In this document: positions 63,582 through 64,000 of the stretch, one piece after another
Layout of the letters: every line of letters starts with the position of its first letter
How positions within the stretch are numbered: the first letter of the stretch is position 1
NCBI GenBank assembly: GCA_964016885.1
Contig: OZ024741.1
Span: 389,794,001-389,858,000 of the forward strand
Direction: 5' to 3'
DNA from: Eledone cirrhosa
Taxonomy: Eukaryota
DNA length: 64,000 nucleotides
The notes under the pieces: generated by a model
What the model was told of the DNA's origin: nothing
What the model saw: the letters and a program-made list of their open reading frames with translations, nothing else
The model's database searches: none
Translations under genes and position numbers: made by a program

Positions 63582-64000
63582 AAAGCATAAATGAATTGAG
63601 AGAGAGACTGAGCATAAGAGGAATCAAATGCTGTGTGCAGGAGAGGCGGTTGCGTTGGTATGGACATGAGATATGTATGAAGGATGACAGCTGCATAAAA
63701 ATGTGCAGAGCACTAGAAGTCAATGGAAACTGCGGAGTGGGGAGACCCAAGAAGACCTGGGATGAGGTGATAAAAACCGACCTTACACAATTACACCTCT
63801 CAAAGGCGATGACACACGGCCGTGACCTCTGGCGTCACGCAGTAATACAGAGTACCCGACCTCCCATGGGTACAAGCTGAAGCATATAGACAATATGCCC
63901 CCACACCCTCCCACTGCAAGGTGGTCGTGGAGGTGCCATGGCAAAAAAGCACCCAGCCCACACTGTAAAGTGGACGTGTAGGCGCCACGGAAAAAAAAGC
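63582..64000 (+). mobile_element. RTE LINE 3' fragment, same subfamily, opposite orientation (runs off window)
   Basis: Reverse complement of ~61790-62200 with scattered differences. Encodes RGIKCCVQERRLRWYGH...TWDEVIK. Confidence 0.92.

Noticed and set aside
61903-63750. 615-aa ORF as a complete protein
   Set aside because: The first ~85 aa are antisense RTE plus (TA)n. Only 63494-61903 is real RT sequence.
1-64000. Prokaryotic systems (operons, CRISPR-Cas, retrons, DGRs)
   Set aside because: Spliceosomal exons, SINEs and microsatellites show eukaryotic DNA, and all RTs here are non-LTR retrotransposon type.

Overview
AT-rich, repeat-dense eukaryotic DNA, most likely from an octopus or other coleoid cephalopod (inferred from (TA)n/(CAT)n microsatellites, tRNA-derived SINEs and RTE LINEs). 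Three short + strand exons missed by the ORF track (2282-2454, 11938-12010, 14032-14135) splice in frame into an LRR peptide matching CEP78. No further CEP78 exon was found, so the remaining ~50 kb is probably intron. It contains an intact antisense 248-aa ORF (50715-51461) resembling a type III transmembrane adaptor. The rest is transposon-derived: RTE LINEs with a C4HC3 PHD finger inserted after the RT core, their partner SINEs, Rex3-like RTE, CRE-like and R4/Dong-like fragments, a Helitron/piggyBac/SINE nest, a 31x63-bp satellite built from a SINE head, and Penelope-like remnants. The most notable hidden signal is a set of minimal hammerhead-ribozyme motifs with palindromic stem III, including two near-intact ones ~175 nt apart (61075-61294), several of them in inverted repeats such as a 385-bp near-perfect palindrome. 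Family assignments come from motif recall, not database searches. Repeat boundaries are approximate unless a TSD or TIR is given.
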